Source: a virus
Taxonomy: Duplodnaviria > Caudoviricetes
DNA length: 61,237 nt
Virus record (IMG/VR): IMGVR_UViG_3300017913_000657
Coordinates: 1-61,237 of that record
Strand: one strand, 5' to 3'
This document shows, piece by piece, positions 35,201 to 43,931 of the stretch (position 1 is its first letter; each line of letters starts with the position of its first letter). The position numbers and the translations under genes were made by a program. Under the pieces are notes generated by a model, which searched no databases, was not told the DNA's origin, and was given only the letters and a program-made list of their open reading frames with translations.

Positions 35201-37606
35201 CTTGTAGACTGGTGAAGTCCTGTTCCTGTGGTCGAAGTAGACAATGCCAAACTCATGCTTGGCACCTGACTTAAAGGTTCGAGATTGTCCGAGACTGATG
35301 TTTTGGTTTAGACTAACCCTAGCAGCTTTCGCATCTCTCAATCGCGTCGTCACAAATCCGCCGCCGCTAATGTTACCGTCGAGTGCTGTAGCCACCCCTC
35401 CGCCGATGTAGGTTTCCCCATTGTCGACTTGGTCCTCGCCAGAAATAGATACCTCGAACGCATTGCCGTTCCACTCCCTAACGTAGTAGTCACCGTTAAT
35501 CCACCCGATGCTGGGGGGAAACCACTGAGACTGAAAGACTCCACCTCCGCTTACAAATGGGCTATGCAATTCGCCATGCGTTGCGATGGCAGATACTAAG
35601 GGGTGAGGCTTCAACTTCTCCAATCCAAACGGATTCGAAATGTTTACTACTCTGGTTGACCTTAGGTTGAAGTCAGAGCGACGAATAGAAACCCTCAGCT
35701 CTTCTGAAGACGCAATGTAGGTAGCGGAGGTAATCTCAAACTCAACGCTGCCCTCCATCCAAATAAACAACTTTGAAGACTCATCGTCGCCGTCCGAATT
35801 TGTGAATCCGGGGTGACTTCCGTCCGCATCAATGATTCTAGCTTCAGTGGTGTGGCCCTTCAGGATGTCCTGCGGAGTTTCAGTGTCAGAAAAATCTGGT
35901 TCGTCGTTAGGCGCAACAATGACGACGCCCTTCGTTCCAATAAGACCAGCAGCAATAGCGTCACCCAGTTGCTGCTTGCTTTGCCAAGCGTCTACAGAAA
36001 CCTGACCTGAAAGGTTCAAGTTGTTCTGTGGTCTAAGATTTCTGAACCCACTGTTCTTGTTAGCCTTGTCGATTTGCGTTCCATCGACAACCCTAGGGTG
36101 AAAGAACTGCAATCCGTCAGTGTGGCTTGACGTACCAATGACGGTACCCTCACCGTTCCGAATAACAATCGGTCTCTCAATGAATGCGTTACTAGCTCTG
36201 TAGTCCGTGTTTGCTGTGGCCCCGTGAGAAGAGAATGCAATCTCACCCATGGAGACTGTCAGGTCGTATGAAAAAGTCGAGGCCGTCCCTTGAGATTGGG
36301 CTAGGGCAAAGTCAAACGTGATGCTCTCCGAACCCGGATTCATAACGTCGTTATACTCAGGGTCGATTTCGCCAGCCCAAGTAGAACCATCGGTCCAACC
36401 AGAACTAGTGTCATCAAGGTCTTCGAACTCAGCGTTGACGTCACCAAAGAATCGGACAACGTCCGTCTCGTAAGTACCGCTTGACGTATCATAATCTCTG
36501 GTGACCGCAGACCCAACGAAGTTGTTCAAAGCCTCAGAACCGCCGGGGTGGTAGACAGGATACTGGATGCTGGATGTATCGGTGGGGTCGAATCCCTCGA
36601 TGTAGTTGCCGAACATCAGCCTGTTGTTGCTGACTACCTGAGTGGCGGCACGCCTTGGGACGGCGTCATATTGCTTGTTCGACTCCTCGTTCGGGAGAAC
36701 GCGGTAGACGCCATCATTGTAGAAGCGGAAAGTCTGGGTATCATTGGCCCCGTTGTCCAACTCCTCAATCTGGTAGAACGCGCCTCTATTGTTTCTACGG
36801 GCAAAGACTCGAATCTTTTCTACTGGTCCATCTGAGTTGGGGACCGTCAGGTCCAAGGCATTATTCTCGGACTGAAAGATGTTTCGTGTCGTGCTATTGT
36901 ACGCTAGGTGCGTAGGGCTAATTGCCAGCGCAGAGTAAATCGACAGGGCAGAAACCTCACCGTCGTCATAGACGTACTGGCAGGCAAATTGAAAGCAATC
37001 CTCCTTGAGGTTGTTGATGTCTCTGGTCTCGTCGTCCACGAACTCAAACGTTACCGCCGTCTGTGGTGGTCGTTTGCATGTCGTGAGATACAATTCCTTT
37101 TGGTAGGCTGTCCCCGATTCAAGCTCGTCGGCATATTGATTCAGGCCTGCACGAGTTGCGTTAATCTTCCTCGGTTCGTTCCGGTTATCAGTGAAGTACA
37201 GAAGGTCTTCTTGATACTGGTTGATGACCACGTCAGCCTTCACGAAGGAATCGTACTCAAAGTTCAGCACCGAATCCTCGTACAGCTTCTGGTAGTCATC
37301 TGACGTAACGTTGTACCTGTAAATACCGTGGTCACCTGCGCTGTTGTACAAGAAGTAGTACACGCACTTGCTGGCGTCGCTTGCAACTGAACCAATGACG
37401 CGATTCGTTCCCGTCGATGGGATAGTGTCGGCAGCACTCCTAGCTGCAACGATGGTGTTCCCGTCCACATTCTTCAGAATGCCTTGGTCGCCATCGTCCT
37501 CATGAGACACCCTGACATTGAGGGCGTCAACCATCTCGACAGACTTAACCAGTCTTTCGTCCTCGTCCTGATTCAGGTACTGGGGTATCAGCTTGTCGTT
37601 AGCCAT
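32267..37606 (-). CDS. Tail stabilisation/nozzle protein (P22 gp10-like, crAss-like muzzle)
   Basis: 1779 aa; LNQDEDERLV...DALNVRV, LYFTDNRNEPRKIN, FACQYVYDDGEVSALS, NRLMFGNY, C-terminal GDKLRDYH. Confidence 0.8.
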   Translation of the reverse strand: MANDKLIPQYLNQDEDERLVKSVEMVDALNVRVSHEDDGDQGILKNVDGNTIVAARSAADTIPSTGTNRVIGSVASDASKCVYYFLYNSAGDHGIYRYNVTSDDYQKLYEDSVLNFEYDSFVKADVVINQYQEDLLYFTDNRNEPRKINATRAGLNQYADELESGTAYQKELYLTTCKRPPQTAVTFEFVDDETRDINNLKEDCFQFACQYVYDDGEVSALSIYSALAISPTHLAYNSTTRNIFQSENNALDLTVPNSDGPVEKIRVFARRNNRGAFYQIEELDNGANDTQTFRFYNDGVYRVLPNEESNKQYDAVPRRAATQVVSNNRLMFGNYIEGFDPTDTSSIQYPVYHPGGSEALNNFVGSAVTRDYDTSSGTYETDVVRFFGDVNAEFEDLDDTSSGWTDGSTWAGEIDPEYNDVMNPGSESITFDFALAQSQGTASTFSYDLTVSMGEIAFSSHGATANTDYRASNAFIERPIVIRNGEGTVIGTSSHTDGLQFFHPRVVDGTQIDKANKNSGFRNLRPQNNLNLSGQVSVDAWQSKQQLGDAIAAGLIGTKGVVIVAPNDEPDFSDTETPQDILKGHTTEARIIDADGSHPGFTNSDGDDESSKLFIWMEGSVEFEITSATYIASSEELRVSIRRSDFNLRSTRVVNISNPFGLEKLKPHPLVSAIATHGELHSPFVSGGGVFQSQWFPPSIGWINGDYYVREWNGNAFEVSISGEDQVDNGETYIGGGVATALDGNISGGGFVTTRLRDAKAARVSLNQNISLGQSRTFKSGAKHEFGIVYFDHRNRTSPVYKLGSVDVERFGFRNSGNNGRTEVDLRLLHEPPPYATHWAPVYTKNLTYESFLQVTVAEAALPRKTSFTNILSGDGSSAQSVVTGTKTSEAETIFLSMRPLEGKNNSYKELKGAQIDYKYQEGDKLRVIEYLNDGAVSRPYYEFTITGYNYFNDDENNPILLGRNSTGDDTTNADNYRRTGWFLSIRDDKVAGFTAADIATGADYFSERCLIEIVRPRKVSENNLYYEIGEQREVVTANGVRTHAGDRDNTSITDFSVTPIRGNAFFSTERLYVGDRVTQASLSSSGYVFVSGVIPQDVGYIYTVDPSNPVIVPQNPATLTGANVLSSSTSYNSLHPGVITLTEGDCHLRVREQLVSKISEYTVGNTTFTHDQADVEDQTYINFLIESESVSDFFDSEATDIGRPHVENPELTELTRSSSVTYSDPFVLDSSRMNLSSFNPSLFPFKDFSTQYGQVTDLRDAGESIHVLQEKRCAIQPVSRTLIQSAGEGQLVTSTDVLGTETYFAGLFGPGRNPESVSTRFGKTYFVDVEAGKVIELSSQGIKPISDEKMSSYFKTTFAAATNTQTRPRIPTGIDPDNDELVLTILQLLTNNITVDGNVIGIVPAATAGDLTYDDGITTPVFESVGITTWDKDQAKWETPTTSNEMNWNQKGMATVILDRLNHRDGVYIDKGDRASTGTVKADVVTSDRKFIGIADIDREDFSINIPSTMVEVADDTTPAVTVTQNAASSLNTLAYSTTKGFWLTRYSFTPEMYANVHNVFLSFNNGQVYTHNDNGTRNNFYGTQYNSQATVISRANPSSVKVYNSLGLEGNASWSAVVSNNEQTTDITAAMYEEREGMYYTVIPRDITASSTTNMSHKVVLGEVESISGNDVTFTTRVSNLPFGLGDSVFVLASDSETDTSNTVSSVKGRKVLTLSGVSGISVGNVLMAISTDEVNGDKLRDYHARIALTNTSTGPVELYAVNANYTVSPLHNDQTE

Positions 37607-38412
37607 CAGAGCTTAGGAGATTGCTTAGTGTTCTTGCGAATAGTCTTGAGGGCTTCCTCCATACTGAACGCCTTGAGTCTGGCGTTAGCCTTTCTCCGCT
37701 CGTTGTAGTATTCGGCCCTCGCCCTATTCTTCTCACCTAGAGGCACACTGCTCTTGCGCTCAATGAGTCTGTAGTAGATGTAAGAACGCAAAGCCTCCTC
37801 AGCTTCAACGTGGACTGTGGGGTTGGTAGACCGCGCTTCGTCTGCGATGTACTCAATAACCAATTCAGTGAAGGTTCCTCCTGCCAGTTCGATTCTGTTC
37901 TGGTCCTCGTTCAGCCTGTATTGACCTTCGTAGTATCCACCCCCAAGGCCGTAAATCTGACCCACGTTGTTTTGGTAGATGTAGTTACTGAAGACGATGT
38001 GCTTCTCGTCGTTGAAGATTCCGTTACCGCTAGTGGCGGTCTTCGCATCCTCCCTATCAAAGACACCGTCGTTGTCGCTGTCGATGAAGTTTCCGGCAGA
38101 GTCCTTCTTGTACTTCTGGGAGTAGTTGATGTTCTTGTTCTCACCCAGTACATACACGAGGTTGTCGTTTCCGACAACTCCAATCTTAATCAAAGACACG
38201 AAGTCGTCTGGAAGGTCCACGGTGTCATTGTCGTTCTTCGTCAGCTTGACGGAACGAACACGCTTCATGAGGTCGAACCCCATCTCACGAATACCACGAA
38301 GGGCGTAGTTCCGAATCACCATGTCAGAAGCGTTGCTGACGTGGTCGTCGGAGTCGAGTGTCAAGATGAAGTCATTGACTACTTGGTCTACTGTTACAAG
38401 ATTCCTAGCCAT
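37606..38412 (-). CDS. Tail ring/tubular (adaptor) protein
   Basis: LPDDFV..IK motif; position before the nozzle gene. Confidence 0.65.
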   Translation of the reverse strand: MARNLVTVDQVVNDFILTLDSDDHVSNASDMVIRNYALRGIREMGFDLMKRVRSVKLTKNDNDTVDLPDDFVSLIKIGVVGNDNLVYVLGENKNINYSQKYKKDSAGNFIDSDNDGVFDREDAKTATSGNGIFNDEKHIVFSNYIYQNNVGQIYGLGGGYYEGQYRLNEDQNRIELAGGTFTELVIEYIADEARSTNPTVHVEAEEALRSYIYYRLIERKSSVPLGEKNRARAEYYNERRKANARLKAFSMEEALKTIRKNTKQSPKL

Positions 38413-38415
38413 GAC

Positions 38416-39153
38416 TTATCGCTTTTGGGATTGCTGTTCAGCGTAGGTGTAGATGTTGGAGTCCCGCATGTTGATGCCAATCAGTCTGGCAATCTCCTCG
38501 ACCAACTCAGGAACGTAGTGTTCGGGCAACTCAAAGTCCACGCTGGTGGACGCTTGGTATGCCTCCTTGTTGTTGCTCGTAGTAAAGCCGAACTTCGGCA
38601 GGGATGCAGTGCGGGCACCCGTCGATGGGTTCAGTCCCTCTGGCTGCTTGTAGTAGCGCACGACAATTCTTCTGATGCTCTTTGGGAACACCATGATTTC
38701 ATCATCAAGAAAACCCACGGGAGAGGACTCGGTGGGCTTACTCAGATTGCTGTTCAATGCGTACTCCAGCTTCTCGTCGTCATACTCAATCGGGATGGTG
38801 ACCGAGGTGCTGGTATCTAGCAAGATGTCCCCTTTGGTTTTGACCAGAATGATTTTGGCTAGGTCATCTGGTTTTGCAAAGTGACTTCCAGCCGTTCTGG
38901 TAATTGTGTCTGAGGTTTTCGAGAACAACGAAAGGTCTTCCTTCAGTTGCTTCAGCTCAGACTTGTCTCTTCCGGGGTCGATGCCCCTCCTTCTTGCGGC
39001 TTCAGCGTTTGAGATTCGCTTGAAGATTCTATTGAAAATGTTGGTTTGTGCAATCGGAGCGAAAGAGTTGAACTCGGTGGGCGTAACGAAGCCCCGCTGG
39101 TCCTTATTTGCGATGTCTTTCAACGCATTGTAAACTTCTCTAACACTTGCCAT
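38416..39153 (-). CDS. Tail ring/tubular (adaptor) protein
   Basis: NKDQRGFVTPTEFN..A..AQ, YYKQP, DFELPEH motifs; position. Confidence 0.65.
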   Translation of the reverse strand: MASVREVYNALKDIANKDQRGFVTPTEFNSFAPIAQTNIFNRIFKRISNAEAARRRGIDPGRDKSELKQLKEDLSLFSKTSDTITRTAGSHFAKPDDLAKIILVKTKGDILLDTSTSVTIPIEYDDEKLEYALNSNLSKPTESSPVGFLDDEIMVFPKSIRRIVVRYYKQPEGLNPSTGARTASLPKFGFTTSNNKEAYQASTSVDFELPEHYVPELVEEIARLIGINMRDSNIYTYAEQQSQKR

Positions 39154-39181
39154 AGCTGGGGAATGTACGGCAAATATACAG

Positions 39182-39210
39182 AAAAAGAGAGGGGGCCTTT
39201 GCCCCCTCTC
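39182..39210 (-). terminator. Intrinsic terminator of the capsid operon
   Basis: Minus strand gagagggggc-aaag-gccccctctc followed by ttttt. Confidence 0.8.
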
Positions 39211-39213
39211 CCC

Positions 39214-40026
39214 TTATGCAATCTCTCCAAGCTGTCGTTCTAGCTCCGAAAGAATAGTCGAACCTTTATCAGTCATAACAAATCTGGTGAGCACGTCAAC
39301 CTTATCCTGCCCCACGGGGACGGAGACAATCAGCTTACCCGTGTCAAACCAGACAACCCCGCCGTTCTTGCTGTCCACAATCTGGAAGTCAAAGGCCTGC
39401 ATCACAACACTTCGTGCATTTACCATTGGGCTGTCAAACAGAGACATGAATTTCTCTGGATTGCCCTTAGCCTGTCGCACCAGTGACTGCTTGATGGTGA
39501 TGTCCTTCTGGTTGGTGTCAATGTTCAGGGCCATAGCAACAGGGAGCAGCTCGTCAATAGGGCGGTTCTTAATCATTGCGATGGCATCGTTCACCATGAA
39601 CTCTTCTTCCAAACTCTTCTCAGCAACCTTCTCCTTTGGTTCCGGTTCGTAGAACAGCATACCACCATTGGCTTTGTTGCCGGGGTGCATCTGGAGGAAC
39701 TTCAGCAGATTGGGCTTCTCCACAGGAACGAAGAGCATCTTCTCGTTGAATACGACTTGCTCCACGGTAGCGTTGGAGGACTGCTCGTCAATCCACACAG
39801 AGTTCTCTGCTGGACAGTAGCGGAGTCCACGAACTCTACCAGACTCTTTGTCGTAGACGCTGAGATTGGTGTTCTTGACCTTGAGAAACATACCTCCTGC
39901 GTCAGCACGGAAGAGGCGAGGACGAGGTGACTCGTCAATCTTTCTGCGCACCACGGGTGCGGCTTTCTTTGGGGCTTCTTTCTTTTGCGCAGGTCTGCCC
40001 GGTCCGCGCTTAGTTGTTTGTTCCAT
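39214..40026 (-). CDS. Conserved protein in the capsid operon
   Basis: Likely start MEQTTKRGPGRP (40026); LRYCPAENSVWIDEQ, FLQMHPGN motifs. Confidence 0.7.
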   Translation of the reverse strand: MEQTTKRGPGRPAQKKEAPKKAAPVVRRKIDESPRPRLFRADAGGMFLKVKNTNLSVYDKESGRVRGLRYCPAENSVWIDEQSSNATVEQVVFNEKMLFVPVEKPNLLKFLQMHPGNKANGGMLFYEPEPKEKVAEKSLEEEFMVNDAIAMIKNRPIDELLPVAMALNIDTNQKDITIKQSLVRQAKGNPEKFMSLFDSPMVNARSVVMQAFDFQIVDSKNGGVVWFDTGKLIVSVPVGQDKVDVLTRFVMTDKGSTILSELERQLGEIA

Positions 40027-40091
40027 TGTATGAAATTGATTTCCAAGAAAAGGGGAATAGGGGGGAAGGCAACTCCCTCCCCCCATTCCGA

Positions 40092-40826
40092 TTAGGCGTC
40101 AGCAAACACAGCTCCGAGAGTTCCGCTGTGTTGGAGTACAGCTTCACAAGTCACGAATCCTGCGTCAGTGTAAGTCAACGTGATGACGTCGCCTCCGAGT
40201 CCACCAGTAGTACCTCCGTTGAGGTTGATGAAGTCGTTCGAGGTTCCGTTAGCAGCCTTGCCTGCGTTAGTTCCGATGAGACCAATCGCCATGCCTCTGT
40301 AGAAGTCGCCACTATCAAGACCAATCTTGATGGCGTTAGAGGTGACGGCAGTCTTCACAATGAACTTGTAGACCTGACCAACAGCGGCAGCATCACTGTC
40401 CGGCATGGTGATGGTAACACCAGCAGCCTTGTCAATAAGGAAGGTCTTGCCAGAGTCAGCGTCGGTAATCGTCTTGTCTTCGTCAATGGTTTCGACAATC
40501 GTCTTCGCAAACGTACCAGAGTCGGGTACACCGTTAAAGGTTACGCTGTTGACAGCGGTCACCTCTTCGATGTCGTATGCCGACAGCACGTCGTCAAAGA
40601 CAAACGACTCACCACTGGCAATGCCCTTAGTGAGTTTGTTCAACACAGACTCAGATGCACCATTCTGTACGGTGAGCTGAATCACATTAACGTCAAGACC
40701 ACTGCTATCCTGACTGTTCAGGTAAACATTTACAGTAGTTGCGTCGATGACACGAACAGCGGTCACGTCCTTCGAGTAAAAAGCGTGCTGGTTCGTGGCA
40801 CTGTCTCTACAAATAATATATCCCAT
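40092..40826 (-). CDS. Putative capsid decoration/head fibre protein
   Basis: Directly after the major capsid gene; C-terminal beta domain resembles 56432..57268. Confidence 0.55.
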   Translation of the reverse strand: MGYIICRDSATNQHAFYSKDVTAVRVIDATTVNVYLNSQDSSGLDVNVIQLTVQNGASESVLNKLTKGIASGESFVFDDVLSAYDIEEVTAVNSVTFNGVPDSGTFAKTIVETIDEDKTITDADSGKTFLIDKAAGVTITMPDSDAAAVGQVYKFIVKTAVTSNAIKIGLDSGDFYRGMAIGLIGTNAGKAANGTSNDFINLNGGTTGGLGGDVITLTYTDAGFVTCEAVLQHSGTLGAVFADA

Positions 40827-40885
40827 GGGTCAAGTTTTTGGATAAAGGGGGAGGACCAATTTCCTCCCCCCTATCCGGTTAAACA

Positions 40886-42292
40886 TTAGGCCTGCAAGAG
40901 AACGTGCTGGTTAGCAGCGCGGGTCACCAAGCAACACTCAGAACGGTAGTTGAACTGAGCGAGGTCTTTGGTGTCGTTGGTGAATCCGAGGACTCCACCA
41001 CCAGTCACCCAGTGCTCCATCTCGCGGCTGTAGCCGTTGGTCGCCTTGTAGTTCAGCTCCAGAGCGGGTGCTCTGTTTCCGGTACGCGGGTCAACAACGT
41101 TAGCGATAGGAATCATCACGCCCTGAACCTGAGCAGAAGCATCTGCGAGGAGGGTCGGGTCGTTCAGCAGCTTCCAGTTGTGCTTGTGGAAGGTGTAACC
41201 ACCACGCGCCATGGACTGGAATCCGAGGTTGACAGCCATGTCCTTGTCGTTGTTGAACGCACCGAAGGAAGCGGTGAGACCGCCGCCGTTGGAACCAACG
41301 CCAGAGAGCATGTCGTCGAGCTTCAAGAACTGGCTGGTGTCCGCGTAGATAGCGTACTCAGCGGGAGCACCGTTCTTGTCGAGCTGCTTGATAATCGGGT
41401 CAAGGTCGTTAGCGATGCTCGCCACGACACCGTCATGGACGATACCTCTGTCCTTGATGGCTTCGAAGTAGCCCTCGCTGCCCGTGATACCGAGGTCGGT
41501 AATGGCAGTTTGAGCGGCCTTCTTGCCCATCAACATCATCATCTCACGCTTGTCCATGAAACGCTGACGTGCGTCGGCCTCAGACTTGATGTACCATCTG
41601 TAGTCACCACCACCGAGGTCGATGTAACCAACGTTCGTGGCTTGAGAACCAGACACCTTGTAGATTTCCTTCACAATCATGTAGTCGTTGGTTCTCTTGA
41701 CCACGTTAGACTGGAGGTAATCAGAAGGCTGGTCCGTAGCCTGAGCGTAGAGGTTACCGATAATCGGCAGTCTGTGCTCTGCTGCGGTGATAGCACTGAG
41801 GTTCGCGTCAGCGAAGTTCACGAGGTCGAAAGAGTTGTCAGAGCTGCTGACGTTCTTGACGTAGCAGGGGACGTAGTCAATCGGGTGAAGGACGATGTCA
41901 CCTTCTCTAACGATTCTGTGCTCCTCAGAGCTGTAAGCCGTATCGCTTCCCACATCAGCAGTGGCGATGGTCTGGGTCTTAGCAGCCGCGATTTGCGTAC
42001 CGGGGCTGATGACCTGCGGCTGGTGGAGGCGGGCCTCTTCCCAGTACGTCACTTGGTCAGCAGTACCAGCGGCGTTGACGGCACCAGTGAGCTTCAGGAA
42101 TCCGGTGATTCCTTGGTCACCGTAGGATTTGATGAGGTCTTTCCGAATGTCCGGAGCGTTGACTTCATCAATGAATTCGTCCAGAGCAGTGTACTTGGAC
42201 GGGTCGTTTTGCTTGAACAGGTTGTTGACGAACCCAGTCGCTTTAGGACTGTAGCCGTCAGAGTTCCCTGTTCCTTGAGTTGGCGTTGCCAT
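40886..42292 (-). CDS. Major capsid protein
   Basis: 468 aa after the scaffold; strong codon bias; YKVSGSQATN, SEGYFEAI..RG, YRSECCL motifs; flanking hairpins. Confidence 0.85.
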   Translation of the reverse strand: MATPTQGTGNSDGYSPKATGFVNNLFKQNDPSKYTALDEFIDEVNAPDIRKDLIKSYGDQGITGFLKLTGAVNAAGTADQVTYWEEARLHQPQVISPGTQIAAAKTQTIATADVGSDTAYSSEEHRIVREGDIVLHPIDYVPCYVKNVSSSDNSFDLVNFADANLSAITAAEHRLPIIGNLYAQATDQPSDYLQSNVVKRTNDYMIVKEIYKVSGSQATNVGYIDLGGGDYRWYIKSEADARQRFMDKREMMMLMGKKAAQTAITDLGITGSEGYFEAIKDRGIVHDGVVASIANDLDPIIKQLDKNGAPAEYAIYADTSQFLKLDDMLSGVGSNGGGLTASFGAFNNDKDMAVNLGFQSMARGGYTFHKHNWKLLNDPTLLADASAQVQGVMIPIANVVDPRTGNRAPALELNYKATNGYSREMEHWVTGGGVLGFTNDTKDLAQFNYRSECCLVTRAANQHVLLQA

Positions 42293-42306
42293 GGTTTCTT
42301 AGGTTT

Positions 42307-43398
42307 TCAGAGTTTGAAAGTGAGTGTGTTGTTCCCACTAAACGCCTTGGCAAGTTGTTCCTCGATGCTATTCGTCTGCTGAGTGTTGTCCCTCTGGGGC
42401 GACTGGTTGCTTACGTTAGCTGCGTTCTCGACAACCTTGCGTTGTCCGTCACTCAGTCCTTGCTGATAAACGGAGCGGACAATGTTGTCGATGTTGTCGA
42501 CCACAGCGCGATGCGCATTCAGTTTCTCAAAGTTCCATGCACCCTCGTCGTTGACGTATTCATCGAAGTACGTTTCAAGATTCGTGTTCTTGTTAATGAG
42601 GCTTTTCCGATAGTCGGATTGAATCCCATAGGTGAAGTTCTCTCCTGAGGGAAGTTCAAAGACCAAGCCATCGAAGTCGTTGACCTCATTGGTCATCGTG
42701 CGAATCCAGTCCTCGGTGATAGGGGATTGCGCTTCAGGTTCTCCTTGTTCCGTGACAGGCAACTGATAGCCTTCACGAAGGTCAGAGATACTCTTCCGTG
42801 CAGATTCCGCATCCATCTTGAGTTGCAGCTTCGCCATGTTAATCTCGTTCTCATCGAAGCGGTCGGCGTCCAGCTTGTACTTGTTGTTCACGAGCATGTT
42901 CACCTCATCGGTAGACAGGTTACCATACTCGATTACCATCTGGTTCCGCACGGCAGTGAGGTCATCCATTTCGGACGGGTTCAACTGCTGGTACTTGTAC
43001 CAGTCTTCTGGACTACGACCCGTCTTCTGAACGAAATCATTGATGGCTGCTACGCGCTCGTCGATTTCAACGGGTTTATTTGAAATAGCGTCGGACAAGA
43101 AGTCGTACCCAGACACATCCGTTCCGAGCTTTTCGCTCAGGTATCGGAGTACCTCGGCATCAACGTCTACATCCTGCGCTGGTTCAGGTTCTTGTGTTAC
43201 TGCTTCTTGAACAGGTTCAGAAACAGGTTCTTGAGGCGTTGCCTCAGTTGCTGGCACTTCTGCTGTAGGCTGTTCTTCAACCACAGGAGATTCTGCCACA
43301 GATTCTTCCACAACATTTTCTTGGGAGTTGGGGACAGGTGGAGTATCACTGATAGTGAACCCCGCACCCGCCATAGCGTTTTCGATTTCTTTGCTCAT
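42307..43398 (-). CDS. Capsid scaffolding protein
   Basis: Acidic, Pro/Glu-rich N-terminus, helical; immediately upstream of the major capsid gene. Confidence 0.7.
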   Translation of the reverse strand: MSKEIENAMAGAGFTISDTPPVPNSQENVVEESVAESPVVEEQPTAEVPATEATPQEPVSEPVQEAVTQEPEPAQDVDVDAEVLRYLSEKLGTDVSGYDFLSDAISNKPVEIDERVAAINDFVQKTGRSPEDWYKYQQLNPSEMDDLTAVRNQMVIEYGNLSTDEVNMLVNNKYKLDADRFDENEINMAKLQLKMDAESARKSISDLREGYQLPVTEQGEPEAQSPITEDWIRTMTNEVNDFDGLVFELPSGENFTYGIQSDYRKSLINKNTNLETYFDEYVNDEGAWNFEKLNAHRAVVDNIDNIVRSVYQQGLSDGQRKVVENAANVSNQSPQRDNTQQTNSIEEQLAKAFSGNNTLTFKL

Positions 43399-43403
43399 AG
43401 TAA

Positions 43404-43724
43404 TTAATTGTATTTCTTCTTCTGACTCTTAGGCGGAGACTTCTTGTGCCCGCCTGCCTTCCACAAGAATCGGTTGGCCCAGTATGCGGCACTCCCTTTC
43501 CTTGCGATGTTCTTGGCGTGTCTCTTTCTAAATGCTGCTCTAGCTTCGGGGCTGTAGTTGTTGCCCATCTTTTGGTCACCGAATCGCACGAGAACACCGT
43601 TCTCCTGTCCGGGACCAAGCGTGCTAACCACGGCGGCCTTTTTCGTAGCGTGACCCCGTGTCAATTTGGGTTTGTTGACTCCAGCAAAACCCAGTCTCTT
43701 AGCCTTTTCCGCAGCACTAGACAT
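43404..43724 (-). CDS. Small highly basic protein
   Basis: VRFGDQKMG..PEARAAFRKRH..SAAYWAN; TAgaTTTG box 4 nt before the ATG. Confidence 0.75.
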   Translation of the reverse strand: MSSAAEKAKRLGFAGVNKPKLTRGHATKKAAVVSTLGPGQENGVLVRFGDQKMGNNYSPEARAAFRKRHAKNIARKGSAAYWANRFLWKAGGHKKSPPKSQKKKYN

Positions 43725-43750
43725 ACTGCAAATCTAACAAATATAAAGTT

Positions 43751-43930
43751 TCAAGATTCTGGGAATCGCCAAGTCCTTGACTCTCTGTGAAATTCAACTT
43801 CAGCTTCAATGTCAAGTTCCTCGTCGTCAGATGCAATGTCTTCTGCTATGCAAACAAACACTCTGTTTCCGTCGCGGTCCTCAACCACCCATCCATCTCT
43901 TCTTAAAACATAGATTCCAGACTCCCACAT
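43751..43930 (-). CDS. 59-aa protein after the tail fibre gene (possible chaperone)
   Basis: MWESGIYVLRRDGWVVEDRDG...FPES*; below the ORF-track cutoff. Confidence 0.5.
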   Translation of the reverse strand: MWESGIYVLRRDGWVVEDRDGNRVFVCIAEDIASDDEELDIEAEVEFHRESRTWRFPES

Positions 43931-43931
43931 A

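Noticed and set aside
40048-40880. G/C-rich hairpins at about 40050-40090 and 40840-40876 as further antisense RNAs
   Set aside because: Their loops are short with no complementarity to leaders; they fit terminators or stabilisers of capsid mRNA.
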